64,000 bases of DNA from a virus (taxonomy: Duplodnaviria > Caudoviricetes): positions 96,001-160,000 of the IMG/VR virus record IMGVR_UViG_3300038443_002533. One strand, 5' to 3'. Within the stretch, counting starts at the first letter, position 1. The number at the start of each line of letters is the position of its first letter. The notes beneath the pieces were generated by a model that ran no database searches, was not told the DNA's origin, and saw nothing but the letters and a program-made list of their open reading frames with translations. Below, in pieces: positions 26,237-35,770 of the stretch. The translations under genes were made by a program, and so were the position numbers.

Positions 26237-28936
26237 ATGCTTACTTACGATTCTGGTTTGCAATCTGCTTTGGCCGCGGCCGTGAGCAAGGTCGACTGGT
26301 GCAACACCCTGCTCACGCAGCTGGGGAGCGCCTTGACCATCCGCTGCAAACGCAGTGCGGACGCTTCGTCCACCACCGTATTCGATACTGGTACGGAATT
26401 CTTCAGCGCGTCGATCTCCAGCGCGCTGGGCATGAGCGGCGGTCAAATCGCCAAATTTGGCAACATCCAAAACGCCACAATCCGCATGGCACAAGACCTG
26501 AGTTCGGGCGCCAGTGTGCTTCGGATCGAAGGCAATGGGCACTGGATTCAAGGCACGCTGGGTCTGAGCAACAGCTCGGCCGACTTTAAGGTCACCCAAA
26601 GCCCGACCGCCAAGACCGGTATGGCCTTCGGTACGATCAGCATTTCCGCGCCGCGTAGCATGCCTTCCGGCACCGGTCCGGTGGCGCCGTCGCTCGACGC
26701 GAATGCGCCGTGGTCCATCGTCTTCGAAGACTGGTCGATTCCATCGACGCCCAAAGTGGTGAAAACCATCAATCTGGATACCCGCGCAGACGACTACGTC
26801 TACCAGGATTCGGAACTGGCGGCTGAAATCGGCGACGTGCGCATGACCCAAAGCTCGCAGACCATCGTGTATGGCCAGTTCGAGTTTGGCGTCACGATGC
26901 TGTCGGTGCATGGTGGCCTGAATCTGGAAAACCCCGGCACCCCGGTGCACCAGATCATCATCTCGCACAAGCCGTACGGTACCTGGGCGTCGTATCCGTT
27001 CTCGGACACGTTCCGCGTCGATCGCGATACCACGTTCCCGAAACCATACAAGATCAAAGTACTCAAGGCCGATGGTACCATCCTCAAGACCTTCGAGATG
27101 CGCGACGGTCTGGCCATCAACGATCCGAGCCTGTCGCAAGGCTGGGGTCCGGGTTACCCGCTGCCGATGCGCCCGCACTTCCAATGCGGTCAATGGCATT
27201 TCTGGCAATCGGCCAAACTGAAGTATAGCTCGAATGCGCTGAAGTATTTCCCGGGCGTGACCGATCATTTCATGCGGGATTCCATCGCCAAAGCTGGTGC
27301 CTCCACCAACGGCAACATCCCGCTGGCGTATGGTGGTCAGTGGAACTCGACGCTGCAATGGCACGGCCTGCCGCAGTGGCCGACCGAGTATTACACCGAC
27401 GGCAACCCGCATGCGGGCGAAACCTACGACGACCCGTATCTGTACGATGTCAAGACCTATCACGGTTATGAAGGCCACCACGGCGGTATCACGGGCTGGG
27501 ATATTGAGCCGGGCTCCATCAGTGGTCACGACTGGTACATCGGCCCGGGTGGACCACGCGCTGACCGCGGTGCGCTGCATACGCCATTCGTACGTTACTT
27601 CTCGCGACCGAACGGGTCCCGCCTTAAAGGTAATGTGCCAAACCGCACAATGCTGGACGCATATAACCACGGGTATTTCCACCATTCGCACCACATGTTC
27701 ACGGTGGACGTGCAAAAGCTGTTGATGCCACCGAAAGAGTGGATGCGTGACGGTACGATTTCGTTCGGCTTTGCGTATTACGGCTCGAACAACACTTATT
27801 CGGCAGGCGGTCTGCCGCGCACGGTGGCGCTGAAAACGCTGCCGAACCAGAGTAACTGGCCGGCACCGGTGCGTGATGGCCATAAAGGTTTCTTCCATGG
27901 TTGGGAAGTCGACCAACACCACTCGTACGTGGCGCCAGGTCTGGCAACGATTTTCTGCAATAGCCCAGCGCACACGATCAGCGGCTTCATGCGTCTGTAT
28001 GCGCACGTCTGTGGTCAGTTGGGGGATGCTTACCCGACGTCTTGCATGCCGGGTCTGTTCCTGTCGCGCGTGCACGCATGGCGCACCTGGCAGCTGGTGA
28101 TCGCATGGAAGACCGCGACGACTCACGCTTCGGGTATCGATCGGGAAACCATCGAGCGTCGTCTGCAAGTCGAACTGGAAACGGTGTACGACCAGGTCTA
28201 CGTGCCAGCGATGGTCAACAACTCGACGGACCCGACCATGATTGGTATTCGTACCTTCGGTCAACCGGTGTCGGTGCAATACGGTACCAGCGTCGATGGC
28301 TGGCAGGGTTACAAGTGGTACCGTGGTCTGAGCGACTCCAAATCGGGTTATTTCGCCGCCGTGCTGGCAGTGATGCGTCAAACCGGCTGCATGGCTGCCA
28401 TGCGCGCCCGTTCGTCCAAGTGCGATATCGCGATTCGTTTCATCATCGACCGCATGGACCAAGACAGCCTGCTGTCGCTGTACTACACCAAGGGTCGCTA
28501 CGAAAGCAATTTCGTGTACTCGAACCGCATCGCTTCGCAAGGTTCCGCCACGGCGGACACGGCCGCAAGTCTGCCGGATCCGACGATGTATTCGGGATGG
28601 CCGGAATGGGTGACGAACAATCCACAAAACGGCCAAGAGACGTTGATGACGGACGTGAATGGCAATATCACGTGTGCCAATCTGGATGCTGTTACGACAG
28701 CACGCTTCCAGTGGGCTTTCGTCCGGCGTGATTTCTTCTCGGATATTCCGGCTCCAATGGACAATGGCACCAATATCGTGACCAGCACTTGCAACATGGT
28801 GCAAGGTTGGATGGACACCCTCGACACCAAAGTCAAAGGTATCGCAGCGCCGTACTCGCAATCCGGTGCCGATATGCAGTATGCCTGGCCACAACTCGGT
28901 ATCATCAAAGCTCCGGCAACACTGACTCCTATCTAA
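26237..28936 (+). CDS. Large tail-associated protein (899 aa), possibly carbohydrate-active
   Basis: N-terminal ~130 aa resembles the C-terminal domain of 22757; the rest is rich in W/Y/H; no catalytic motif I can name. Confidence 0.55.
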   Translation: MLTYDSGLQSALAAAVSKVDWCNTLLTQLGSALTIRCKRSADASSTTVFDTGTEFFSASISSALGMSGGQIAKFGNIQNATIRMAQDLSSGASVLRIEGNGHWIQGTLGLSNSSADFKVTQSPTAKTGMAFGTISISAPRSMPSGTGPVAPSLDANAPWSIVFEDWSIPSTPKVVKTINLDTRADDYVYQDSELAAEIGDVRMTQSSQTIVYGQFEFGVTMLSVHGGLNLENPGTPVHQIIISHKPYGTWASYPFSDTFRVDRDTTFPKPYKIKVLKADGTILKTFEMRDGLAINDPSLSQGWGPGYPLPMRPHFQCGQWHFWQSAKLKYSSNALKYFPGVTDHFMRDSIAKAGASTNGNIPLAYGGQWNSTLQWHGLPQWPTEYYTDGNPHAGETYDDPYLYDVKTYHGYEGHHGGITGWDIEPGSISGHDWYIGPGGPRADRGALHTPFVRYFSRPNGSRLKGNVPNRTMLDAYNHGYFHHSHHMFTVDVQKLLMPPKEWMRDGTISFGFAYYGSNNTYSAGGLPRTVALKTLPNQSNWPAPVRDGHKGFFHGWEVDQHHSYVAPGLATIFCNSPAHTISGFMRLYAHVCGQLGDAYPTSCMPGLFLSRVHAWRTWQLVIAWKTATTHASGIDRETIERRLQVELETVYDQVYVPAMVNNSTDPTMIGIRTFGQPVSVQYGTSVDGWQGYKWYRGLSDSKSGYFAAVLAVMRQTGCMAAMRARSSKCDIAIRFIIDRMDQDSLLSLYYTKGRYESNFVYSNRIASQGSATADTAASLPDPTMYSGWPEWVTNNPQNGQETLMTDVNGNITCANLDAVTTARFQWAFVRRDFFSDIPAPMDNGTNIVTSTCNMVQGWMDTLDTKVKGIAAPYSQSGADMQYAWPQLGIIKAPATLTPI

Positions 28937-28950
28937 AGGGTTAAAGGAAC

Positions 28951-31900
28951 ATGGCAACTATCACTAAAACCATCGGTAGTGCCGCGGGTCGTGATTATTC
29001 AACGATCCAGGCGTTTATCGATTCGATCCCAGCCGACTTGGTGGCGGCTGGGTTTTGCTACACGGGTCTGGTGTACAACGATTCGGAGTTTAACGACACC
29101 ACGGGTAAAGTCAACATCGCCAGCAAAAACACTGACTCGACCCACTTCATTACGTTGCAGTGCGCACCGGGTCAATCGTTTAGCACGAACCCCAATCGTG
29201 CCAACAATGCGCTGTGGTATAGCCAAGCCAACGGGGTGGCGATTCATGCGATCCTGAACAGCTCCACGACGTTTAACATCGCGGTCCCGTACACCGTGAT
29301 CGATGGTTTCCAGATCAATGCCACGGGCACAGGCGCCATCGCGATCACGGCCAATGCAACCGGCGTGATGGTCAAGAACTGTCTCTTTGCTGGCCAGCCC
29401 GCAAGCTCGATCGCTTACGGTCTGACTCAGGTCGCCGGCGGCGCAACGATGCAGGATTGCTTGGTGCTCGTCACCGCGTCGGGTGCAGGTGCGGGTATCA
29501 AGATGACGAACGGCACGGTGATCAACTGTACGGTGGCTAAACCGCCGCAGTTCTCGCTGGGTGCAAGCGAAAAGTCCCAAGCCATCTCGTTCAACTACGG
29601 CACCAACGTGGTGAAGAACTGCGCCCTGTTTGGTTTCGCCAATCAGGATGCGACACCCAACAGCTACAGTGCGTCGGATTACAACGCCACGGACTGGAAC
29701 CAAGCGCCAGGTGGCACGGCGGCTACGCATAACCTGCTGAGCCTGGTGTACGCGAACCAGTTCGTTAACAACGCGAACGACTTCCGTCTGAAGGCCGGTA
29801 GCGACCTGATCGGTAAAGCGATCAACCTGTCGGCGACTTACCAAACCACCGACATCATCGGTACGGCGCGGCAAACCAACTGGGACATCGGTGCTTACGC
29901 GGCGATTACCCCGGCCAATGCGCTGTCGCTGTCGGGTCCGACGCTGGGTCAAGTCAACCAAGTGTCGAGCAACTTCACGGTGGCGGCCAATGGTCAAGTC
30001 AGTGGTTCGGTGACGGTCACCCCGAGCGACGGCGGTAAAGGGGGCACGTTTAACCCTTCGTCGTTCACGATGACGGGTGTGAGCCCGTCGGTGACGTTTA
30101 CCTACACCCCGTCGCAAACGGGCAACATCAACATCAGCATCAGTAACAACGGTACGCTGGCCAACCCGGCCGCGATCACGTACAACTCGGTGCTGCCGGC
30201 TACGCAAGTGATGTTGTCGGGCCCGGCTCTGGCACGTGCGGGTGTGCAAAGCGCGAACTTCACGGCCCAACTGGACGGCTATGTGGCTACCGCTGTCAAG
30301 GTGATCCCGAACGACAATGGTGATGGCGGTACCTTCACCCCGGTGTTCGTGATGCTGGACAGCAACACCCCGTCGGCGACCTTCACCTACACGGGTGCGT
30401 CAGGTGGTGTGAAGACCATCGCCACCACCAATGATTCGAGCCTGACGAACCATTCGGTGTCGATCACGGAAAAACCGCCGATCGTCCCTGTCCCGACCCC
30501 GAGCACCCCGACCCTGGTGGTGAAATCGATCGGTACCGGTAAAGACTTCGCGACGATTAAAGCGTTTACCGATTTCGCTGCCGCGTTTGACTTGACGGCG
30601 AATCAGCAATCGCTGCTGGGTGAAGTGTACGAAAGCTCGACGGTGTCGGCCCAATCTTCGTTCTCCGCGAAGAACCCGACCAGTCAGTTCAACGTCACAC
30701 TGCAACCAGTGCCCGGCACCAGTGCCAACTATCTGGATAAAGGCTATCCGGCCGATTACGGTACCGAAGGTATCGAACTGACGATCAGTAACCAATGGTT
30801 GGTGGGCGCTGGCACGGTGCTGCAAGACTTCCGTTTCAACACCACGGGATCTTCAGGCTGCATCACCATGGGTGGTGGTAACAGTTTGTTCTACCCAGTG
30901 TTCCAGCGCAACCGTGTTAAAGCCAGCGGTACCGCGATAACCTCCGTATGGGCCGGCCAGTATGTTGGTCCGGGTGTCGTGACGGACTGTTTGTTCATCC
31001 TTGATGACGGCAGTACTTCGACGGCGCTGAATGGTCAGCAAGCAAAACTGACGTGCAAACGTAACACCTTTGTTCGCAAAGGCAGTGCGTCAGGTTACCT
31101 GCTGTCGTTCAATGCCAACCAAACCCCGTCGCTGGGTACAATCATCGCGAACAACGTATTCATCAACGCGGGCAATACACCGGTCAATTATCTGAACCTG
31201 GTCGCAGCGGCGAACGTATACAACAACTATACGGACAACGGTCAAGCCTCCCCTATCGCCGGTATCACCACGGTGTTGGCGGGCTCGGGAACGAACCTGG
31301 TGCGCAACACCACCAGTGACTTCCGTCCGGATGATGCGGGTGCGCTGATTGGTCATGCGTCGGAAGGCGCGATCGATATGCTGGACTTGTACAGTGTCGG
31401 TCGCGGTGGTACGCCGGACGTGGGTGCTATCCAAGGCACCGTCATCAACGTGCTACCGGTGGTGGCGATCTCGGCACAAGACGTGAACTGTCAACGAATC
31501 GTGGTGACGGGTACGACGCGTTACACCCCGACCTCGGGTACGGCGTTGCTGTTGCCGGATCCGAACAACCCGAATGGCGCGGTGCAACAAGGCCCGACCA
31601 ATGTCGTGTTGTCGGCAGGTGCGTTCAGCGTGCAGTGGGACAACGTACCGGCGGGGAATTACCTGACCCCGGTCGTGACGCTGGTCAACAGCAGCGGCTA
31701 CAACCGTGTGCAAACTGGTGGCGATGTTATCAACATCATCCCGGTGTCGGCCGCCATCGTTGCAGCCGAAGCATCACCCACCCAAGGCAATGCCCCGGTC
31801 ATCACGTTCGATAACCGTCGTGGCTTCGACAACAACACCTTCAACATCGGTGGTACGGTCGATACCCAAGGCGATCCGAACTGCTCGATCAAGGTGTACG

Positions 31901-32112
31901 TCGATTTCGCGGACTCCTCCAAAGCATCGCTGGGGCCGTGGACGGCGAACATCGTGGGTAAACGCTGGTCGGCTCAGTTCACGGGCCTGTCGGGTGTCTT
32001 CAGTGTACGTGCAGTCGGTACGGCGAATAACCAACCGGCGGTTACTGTCAACAGTAACTCGTTCAAGGTCATCAACTACAAGGGTAACTTCAAAGTCCCC
32101 CTGTCGTGGTAA
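28951..32112 (+). CDS. Tail spike-like protein with two beta-helix modules and Ig-like spacers (1053 aa)
   Basis: TKTIGSAAGRDYSTIQAF recurs as VKSIGTGKDFATIKAF; both modules end in DFR...LIG...D..G..R...D.GA. Confidence 0.65.
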   Translation: MATITKTIGSAAGRDYSTIQAFIDSIPADLVAAGFCYTGLVYNDSEFNDTTGKVNIASKNTDSTHFITLQCAPGQSFSTNPNRANNALWYSQANGVAIHAILNSSTTFNIAVPYTVIDGFQINATGTGAIAITANATGVMVKNCLFAGQPASSIAYGLTQVAGGATMQDCLVLVTASGAGAGIKMTNGTVINCTVAKPPQFSLGASEKSQAISFNYGTNVVKNCALFGFANQDATPNSYSASDYNATDWNQAPGGTAATHNLLSLVYANQFVNNANDFRLKAGSDLIGKAINLSATYQTTDIIGTARQTNWDIGAYAAITPANALSLSGPTLGQVNQVSSNFTVAANGQVSGSVTVTPSDGGKGGTFNPSSFTMTGVSPSVTFTYTPSQTGNINISISNNGTLANPAAITYNSVLPATQVMLSGPALARAGVQSANFTAQLDGYVATAVKVIPNDNGDGGTFTPVFVMLDSNTPSATFTYTGASGGVKTIATTNDSSLTNHSVSITEKPPIVPVPTPSTPTLVVKSIGTGKDFATIKAFTDFAAAFDLTANQQSLLGEVYESSTVSAQSSFSAKNPTSQFNVTLQPVPGTSANYLDKGYPADYGTEGIELTISNQWLVGAGTVLQDFRFNTTGSSGCITMGGGNSLFYPVFQRNRVKASGTAITSVWAGQYVGPGVVTDCLFILDDGSTSTALNGQQAKLTCKRNTFVRKGSASGYLLSFNANQTPSLGTIIANNVFINAGNTPVNYLNLVAAANVYNNYTDNGQASPIAGITTVLAGSGTNLVRNTTSDFRPDDAGALIGHASEGAIDMLDLYSVGRGGTPDVGAIQGTVINVLPVVAISAQDVNCQRIVVTGTTRYTPTSGTALLLPDPNNPNGAVQQGPTNVVLSAGAFSVQWDNVPAGNYLTPVVTLVNSSGYNRVQTGGDVINIIPVSAAIVAAEASPTQGNAPVITFDNRRGFDNNTFNIGGTVDTQGDPNCSIKVYVDFADSSKASLGPWTANIVGKRWSAQFTGLSGVFSVRAVGTANNQPAVTVNSNSFKVINYKGNFKVPLSW

Positions 32113-32118
32113 TTGAAT

Positions 32119-32166
32119 GACATAGGCTCCTCTACCCTTCGGGGTAGGGGAGTTTATGCTGTCTGT
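32119..32166 (+). terminator. Terminator ending the structural region, CATA-hairpin-TTTATG type
   Basis: GACATA GGCTCCTCTACCC-TTCG-GGGTAGGGGAGT TTATGCTGTCTGT. Confidence 0.8.
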
Positions 32167-32258
32167 TGTAAAGTCGAGTCCTAAGGGACTCTCTTCTCTT
32201 GTCTTATGAATTCCAGAGAGATCAGAGAAGCTGAGTAGTAGAGGAGTATAAGGAAGTG

Positions 32259-32283
32259 AGCTAGTAGCATTATGCTACTAGCT
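32259..32283. repeat. 12 bp perfect inverted repeat with a 1 nt spacer
   Basis: AGCTAGTAGCAT-T-ATGCTACTAGCT. Confidence 0.85.
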
Positions 32284-32299
32284 ATTATAGAGAGCAAAA

Positions 32300-32328
32300 G
32301 GGGGTATGGGGAATGGGGGATGGAAGGG
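32300..32328 (+). other. Potential G-quadruplex-forming sequence
   Basis: G5-TAT-G4-AAT-G5-ATGGAA-G3 fits the G3+N1-7 four-tract rule. Confidence 0.6.
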
Positions 32329-32398
32329 TACGCAAGCGAAACCTCTACCAGCCGTAAGGCCAGTAGCGAGTATTTCACTCAATGGATGAATGGCGCTA

Positions 32399-32428
32399 GA
32401 TAAATTTAAACACATATTACCAGTATGT
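32399..32428 (+). promoter_or_regulatory. phiKZ-type early (virion RNAP) promoter candidate
   Basis: AT-rich TAAATTTAAACA then CATATTAC (32413-32420), one mismatch from the phiKZ early consensus TATATTAC; heads the accessory region. Confidence 0.6.
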
Positions 32429-32475
32429 GCTGGGGAATAGAAGCACTTAACAGACAACTAACAACAACGGAGTTA

Positions 32476-32985
32476 ATGATGCTGAGCAAAGAAGACGAGA
32501 AGAAGTATCTGAAACAGATGCAAGACGGCATGTATCTGGCTCTGGAAGCTGCGCACTATCTCGGTGGTCGGATGGAAATCAACTACTTGCCAAAAGTGGA
32601 ATACAAACCCAAAGCAGGTGACAAGAATTTCCCGAAGGGAAGCAACATCAATGAGCGGATCGTCGAAGCGGAAAAAGCGATTGAGATCTACAAGGCGATG
32701 TTGGACGGCAAGACCGCTAAAGAACTTAAGGAGTTGTTCAATCTGAAAAGCAGTTATGTACCGCAATATTATCATCCGGTCCAGATTGCAGTTCAGATTG
32801 AACTGCTCAAGAAGCGTTATGACAACGCCCCTTATCAACCACGTGTCGTTGACCCAAAAACACGGCAACGTTACTATGATGATAGTGTACATCAGCTGCG
32901 CCGACACAAAGACTTCCTGCTGAAAGTCATCGCTAATGCGAATAAAGACCGGTTTATGGCTGTCGTCTTGAAATACATCTATTAA
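32476..32985 (+). CDS. Hypothetical early protein
   Basis: Start moved to 32476 after the ACAACAACGGAG leader; basic, no recognised motif. Confidence 0.7.
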   Translation: MMLSKEDEKKYLKQMQDGMYLALEAAHYLGGRMEINYLPKVEYKPKAGDKNFPKGSNINERIVEAEKAIEIYKAMLDGKTAKELKELFNLKSSYVPQYYHPVQIAVQIELLKKRYDNAPYQPRVVDPKTRQRYYDDSVHQLRRHKDFLLKVIANANKDRFMAVVLKYIY

Positions 32986-32994
32986 GGAATTGCC

Positions 32995-33183
32995 ATGAGC
33001 GTCATGCGTAGTCATGTATTACAAGCCAAAGATAGTCTACGGCAAGCCACCACCCTCGTGGACAATCTGGAGCAAGACAATCCCGAACTACAAGAACTCA
33101 AGAACGCCGCTAAGCAAGCCTCGCAAGCCGCGGAAGTCTTGAACCGTCTGGTTGGCACGCGAATGGCCACATCCGCCAAGTAG
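32995..33183 (+). CDS. Small coiled-coil hypothetical protein
   Basis: 62 aa, RBS AAGGA. Confidence 0.6.
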   Translation: MSVMRSHVLQAKDSLRQATTLVDNLEQDNPELQELKNAAKQASQAAEVLNRLVGTRMATSAK

Positions 33184-33258
33184 TTTCCAGAAGTAAAAAT
33201 ACTGTCGTGGCTTCTTCTATAGCGCGATCCCCGTGTCTCTTGATAACCAACAATAATC

Positions 33259-33648
33259 ATGAAGAACTTAACCCGTGATGTCATCGTTTTTATCCGTACT
33301 GACGGCAGCCGTGCCACACTCCCGCCGTGTGAACACCCGCCGGTGGTGGAAATCGTAGAAGCGGAACCGATCGGTTATTTGGGTCCGCTGGAAATCGTCC
33401 GACAACCCCACCGCCGGGTGATCTTTCCGAACTGGCAAGATGATCCGAAAGGTGGCCCGTATGTGGTCTCGAAAGAGATCTTCGATCTGTTGCCGTGTGG
33501 GGCAATTGAATTCGTGACGCCAGATTACCACACCGCCATCATGAATGGCTTCAAGCAACCGCATCTGGTGCGCCGTTTCATCGTCAAGCCTGTCGCTGAA
33601 ACCATGATCGTCAAACAGTCCGCCGTGGCTGAGCTGCAACCTGAATAA
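33259..33648 (+). CDS. Conserved hypothetical protein (NLT-x-x family)
   Basis: MKNLTRD..V...LPP...YVVS...P pattern; A/C-rich leader. Confidence 0.6.
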   Translation: MKNLTRDVIVFIRTDGSRATLPPCEHPPVVEIVEAEPIGYLGPLEIVRQPHRRVIFPNWQDDPKGGPYVVSKEIFDLLPCGAIEFVTPDYHTAIMNGFKQPHLVRRFIVKPVAETMIVKQSAVAELQPE

Positions 33649-33682
33649 CCAACAACATCTTTCACATAAGGAAAACCCCATC

Positions 33683-34096
33683 ATGTTTAAATTCGGTAAA
33701 AAGAACAAGACCACTATCACCGCCAAGGTCCTGTTCCACAAAGAATCCAACGAGTTGCCGGAGCATGGCTCGGTCTACGTCGACCACGTCCAGAACCGCC
33801 TGAAGAACGAACCGGTGCGTTTCTCGTTCGTCGGCATCGAACCCCCCAAACTCACCCCGGAAGTCATCGCCCACATCTGGGACCAGGCTGAACGTCAGGG
33901 CTACACCGTGTACAGCCTGCGCAGCTACGCCGACGTTCTGAACGTGACGCCGGCCCCAGTGTTGCGTTCCAAAGACGACGAACCGAAGCCTGTGATCAAG
34001 CCGCGTCCGTGGGCCGATCAGAGCCAACCGCGCGTGCCGGTCTCCCGTACCCTGCGTCGTCCGAGCGAGAATCATGCGACTGCTGCGTCGAAGTGA
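33683..34096 (+). CDS. Hypothetical protein
   Basis: 137 aa, AAGGAA RBS, strong codon bias. Confidence 0.65.
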   Translation: MFKFGKKNKTTITAKVLFHKESNELPEHGSVYVDHVQNRLKNEPVRFSFVGIEPPKLTPEVIAHIWDQAERQGYTVYSLRSYADVLNVTPAPVLRSKDDEPKPVIKPRPWADQSQPRVPVSRTLRRPSENHATAASK

Positions 34097-34421
34097 TCCG
34101 TTCAAGCAGGCGTTGAAAGCAACGATCCGCGTCGCCATGAATCCTGATCTGCCCCAAGCCATGCGCCACGGTACGGTCACGTTTAAGGTCGACGGATTCG
34201 GGGAATTGAAGCGGGACTTCCTGGTCGATGATCTGCTGCTGCTCCAGCAACAACCGAAGAAGCTGGCCCCAGTCGTCGCCCGCCAAATCATGCTGCTGGA
34301 TAAAACCCTGCCGAAGCGTGAAGCGATTTGTTCGCCCACTCGCATCGATATCGTCGGACCGGGTCGCCGCTTGGTGTACGATCTCCCTACGTTTAACGTG
34401 GTGTTGGATCAAGCCCTGTGA
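34074..34421 (+). CDS. Hypothetical protein
   Basis: 115 aa, overlaps the upstream gene, ends at a terminator. Confidence 0.55.
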   Translation: MRLLRRSDPFKQALKATIRVAMNPDLPQAMRHGTVTFKVDGFGELKRDFLVDDLLLLQQQPKKLAPVVARQIMLLDKTLPKREAICSPTRIDIVGPGRRLVYDLPTFNVVLDQAL

Positions 34422-34428
34422 GCATAGC

Positions 34429-34477
34429 CTCTCCTGCTCTCGATGAGAGCAGGAGAGTTACTTTCTATTCTTTTTTT
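34429..34477 (+). terminator. Rho-independent terminator
   Basis: CTCTCCTGCTCTC-GAT-GAGAGCAGGAGAG followed by a T-rich tract. Confidence 0.75.
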
Positions 34478-34489
34478 GCCCAGTAAAAC

Positions 34490-35143
34490 ATGTCGAATAC
34501 TAAAGGTAAGTTTATTACCATCGAGGGAGTGGATGGTAGCGGGAAGACCACCAACATTGGGATATTGGCCGAACACCTACGTTCCCGCGGTTATAAAGTC
34601 ATCACCACCCGCGAACCCGGCGGTAGCGACGTCGCGGAAAAGATTCGCGATATGCTGCTCCATGACAAGATGGATGCTGTTACGGAACTGATGCTGTTTT
34701 TGGCCGCCCGTAACGAACACGTACAAAAGAAAGTCATCCCGCATCTGGAGCAAGGTTATATCGTACTCAGCGACCGGTTCCATGATTCAACATGGGCCTA
34801 TCAAGGCTATGGTCGTGGTATGTCGGACGAATTAGAAGAATTCGGTAAATTCGTGTACGGCGGACTCTTGCCGGATATCACGTTGTTCTTCGATATGCCG
34901 TTCGAAGAAGCTACGCGCCGGCTGAAGCTGCGTACAGATAAGAGTGATCGCTTCGATCAAGAAGTGGAAGCGTTTCGTAGACGGGTTTATGAAGGTTACC
35001 AAAAGCGATTAGGTGGCACCCGCCCGCAAGACCATGTGGTAGGTGGCCGCATTATCCACCGCATCAACGCCCTGCCGGAACCTGAAGTGGTGGCCGACAG
35101 CGTGTGTGCGTGGGCGAATGCCAACTTCGAAAACCTCACCTAA
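34490..35143 (+). CDS. tmk: Thymidylate (dTMP) kinase
   Basis: FITIEGVDGSGKTT P-loop, TREPGG, LSDRF, PDITLFFD. Confidence 0.95.
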   Translation: MSNTKGKFITIEGVDGSGKTTNIGILAEHLRSRGYKVITTREPGGSDVAEKIRDMLLHDKMDAVTELMLFLAARNEHVQKKVIPHLEQGYIVLSDRFHDSTWAYQGYGRGMSDELEEFGKFVYGGLLPDITLFFDMPFEEATRRLKLRTDKSDRFDQEVEAFRRRVYEGYQKRLGGTRPQDHVVGGRIIHRINALPEPEVVADSVCAWANANFENLT

Positions 35144-35199
35144 ATAACTTGAAGCAAATGCGCGCCAAGAATACCCTCAAACCCAAATTCTAAATCCCC

Positions 35200-35487
35200 A
35201 TGTCTAACATCCGTCTCGGCAACAAAACCTACCGCAACGTCGAACAGTTCCCACTCGACGATATCGCGAAGCTCCTCGATGAAGTGAACGCCGAACTGGC
35301 CAAACTGACGGTGCGCGTGAATGAACAACTCGACCGCGGCCACGCCATCAAACCGAAAGACTGGGCGGCGCGTAAACGCCTCGACCAGTACGGGTATTTC
35401 CTGACCCAGCTCGCTCGGGAAGTGATGCTCAAGAACACCCCGCGCACGATCCTCAAACCGCTGGCGCGTTTCGTGAAACACTTGTAA
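35200..35487 (+). CDS. Hypothetical protein, paralog of 35498
   Basis: N-terminus MSNIRLGNKTYRNVE. Confidence 0.65.
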   Translation: MSNIRLGNKTYRNVEQFPLDDIAKLLDEVNAELAKLTVRVNEQLDRGHAIKPKDWAARKRLDQYGYFLTQLAREVMLKNTPRTILKPLARFVKHL

Positions 35488-35497
35488 GGCGATCACC

Positions 35498-35770
35498 ATG
35501 TCGAATATTCGTATTGGCGGGAAGACCTACCGCGACGTTGAAAAGATGTCGTTGGATGAATTGCGGCAAGTGGCGCAAGCGATGTTCAAAAGGTCGACTG
35601 TTCTGCAAAAGACAACCGAGGCCACTGTGTTTAATAAGGGCAGTATGCATCGGGGATCGGCCGTGATCGCAGAAATCCAAGCCCTGGAAAAGCGTTCCAA
35701 GTTAATCGATCACCTGATGAAACAAAGGGAAGCCGATGAACAAACCGCTCAGGCTCCTTCAGGAGCATAA
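35498..35770 (+). CDS. Hypothetical protein, paralog of 35200
   Basis: N-terminus MSNIRIGGKTYRDVE. Confidence 0.65.
   Translation: MSNIRIGGKTYRDVEKMSLDELRQVAQAMFKRSTVLQKTTEATVFNKGSMHRGSAVIAEIQALEKRSKLIDHLMKQREADEQTAQAPSGA

Noticed and set aside
16072-30270. Very long minus-strand ORFs (16072-17919, 22760-24667, 24680-26182, 26225-28957, 28999-30270; likewise 42576-44027 and 54790-56874)
   Set aside because: They mirror highly codon-biased sense genes, are rich in R/H/V/G, and have no motifs or RBS; this is the expected antisense artefact in GC-rich DNA
32181-32378. 65 aa hydrophobic minus-strand ORF
   Set aside because: Its hydrophobicity follows from the pyrimidine-rich strand (Leu/Ser/Ile/Pro codons); no RBS; lies over regulatory-looking DNA
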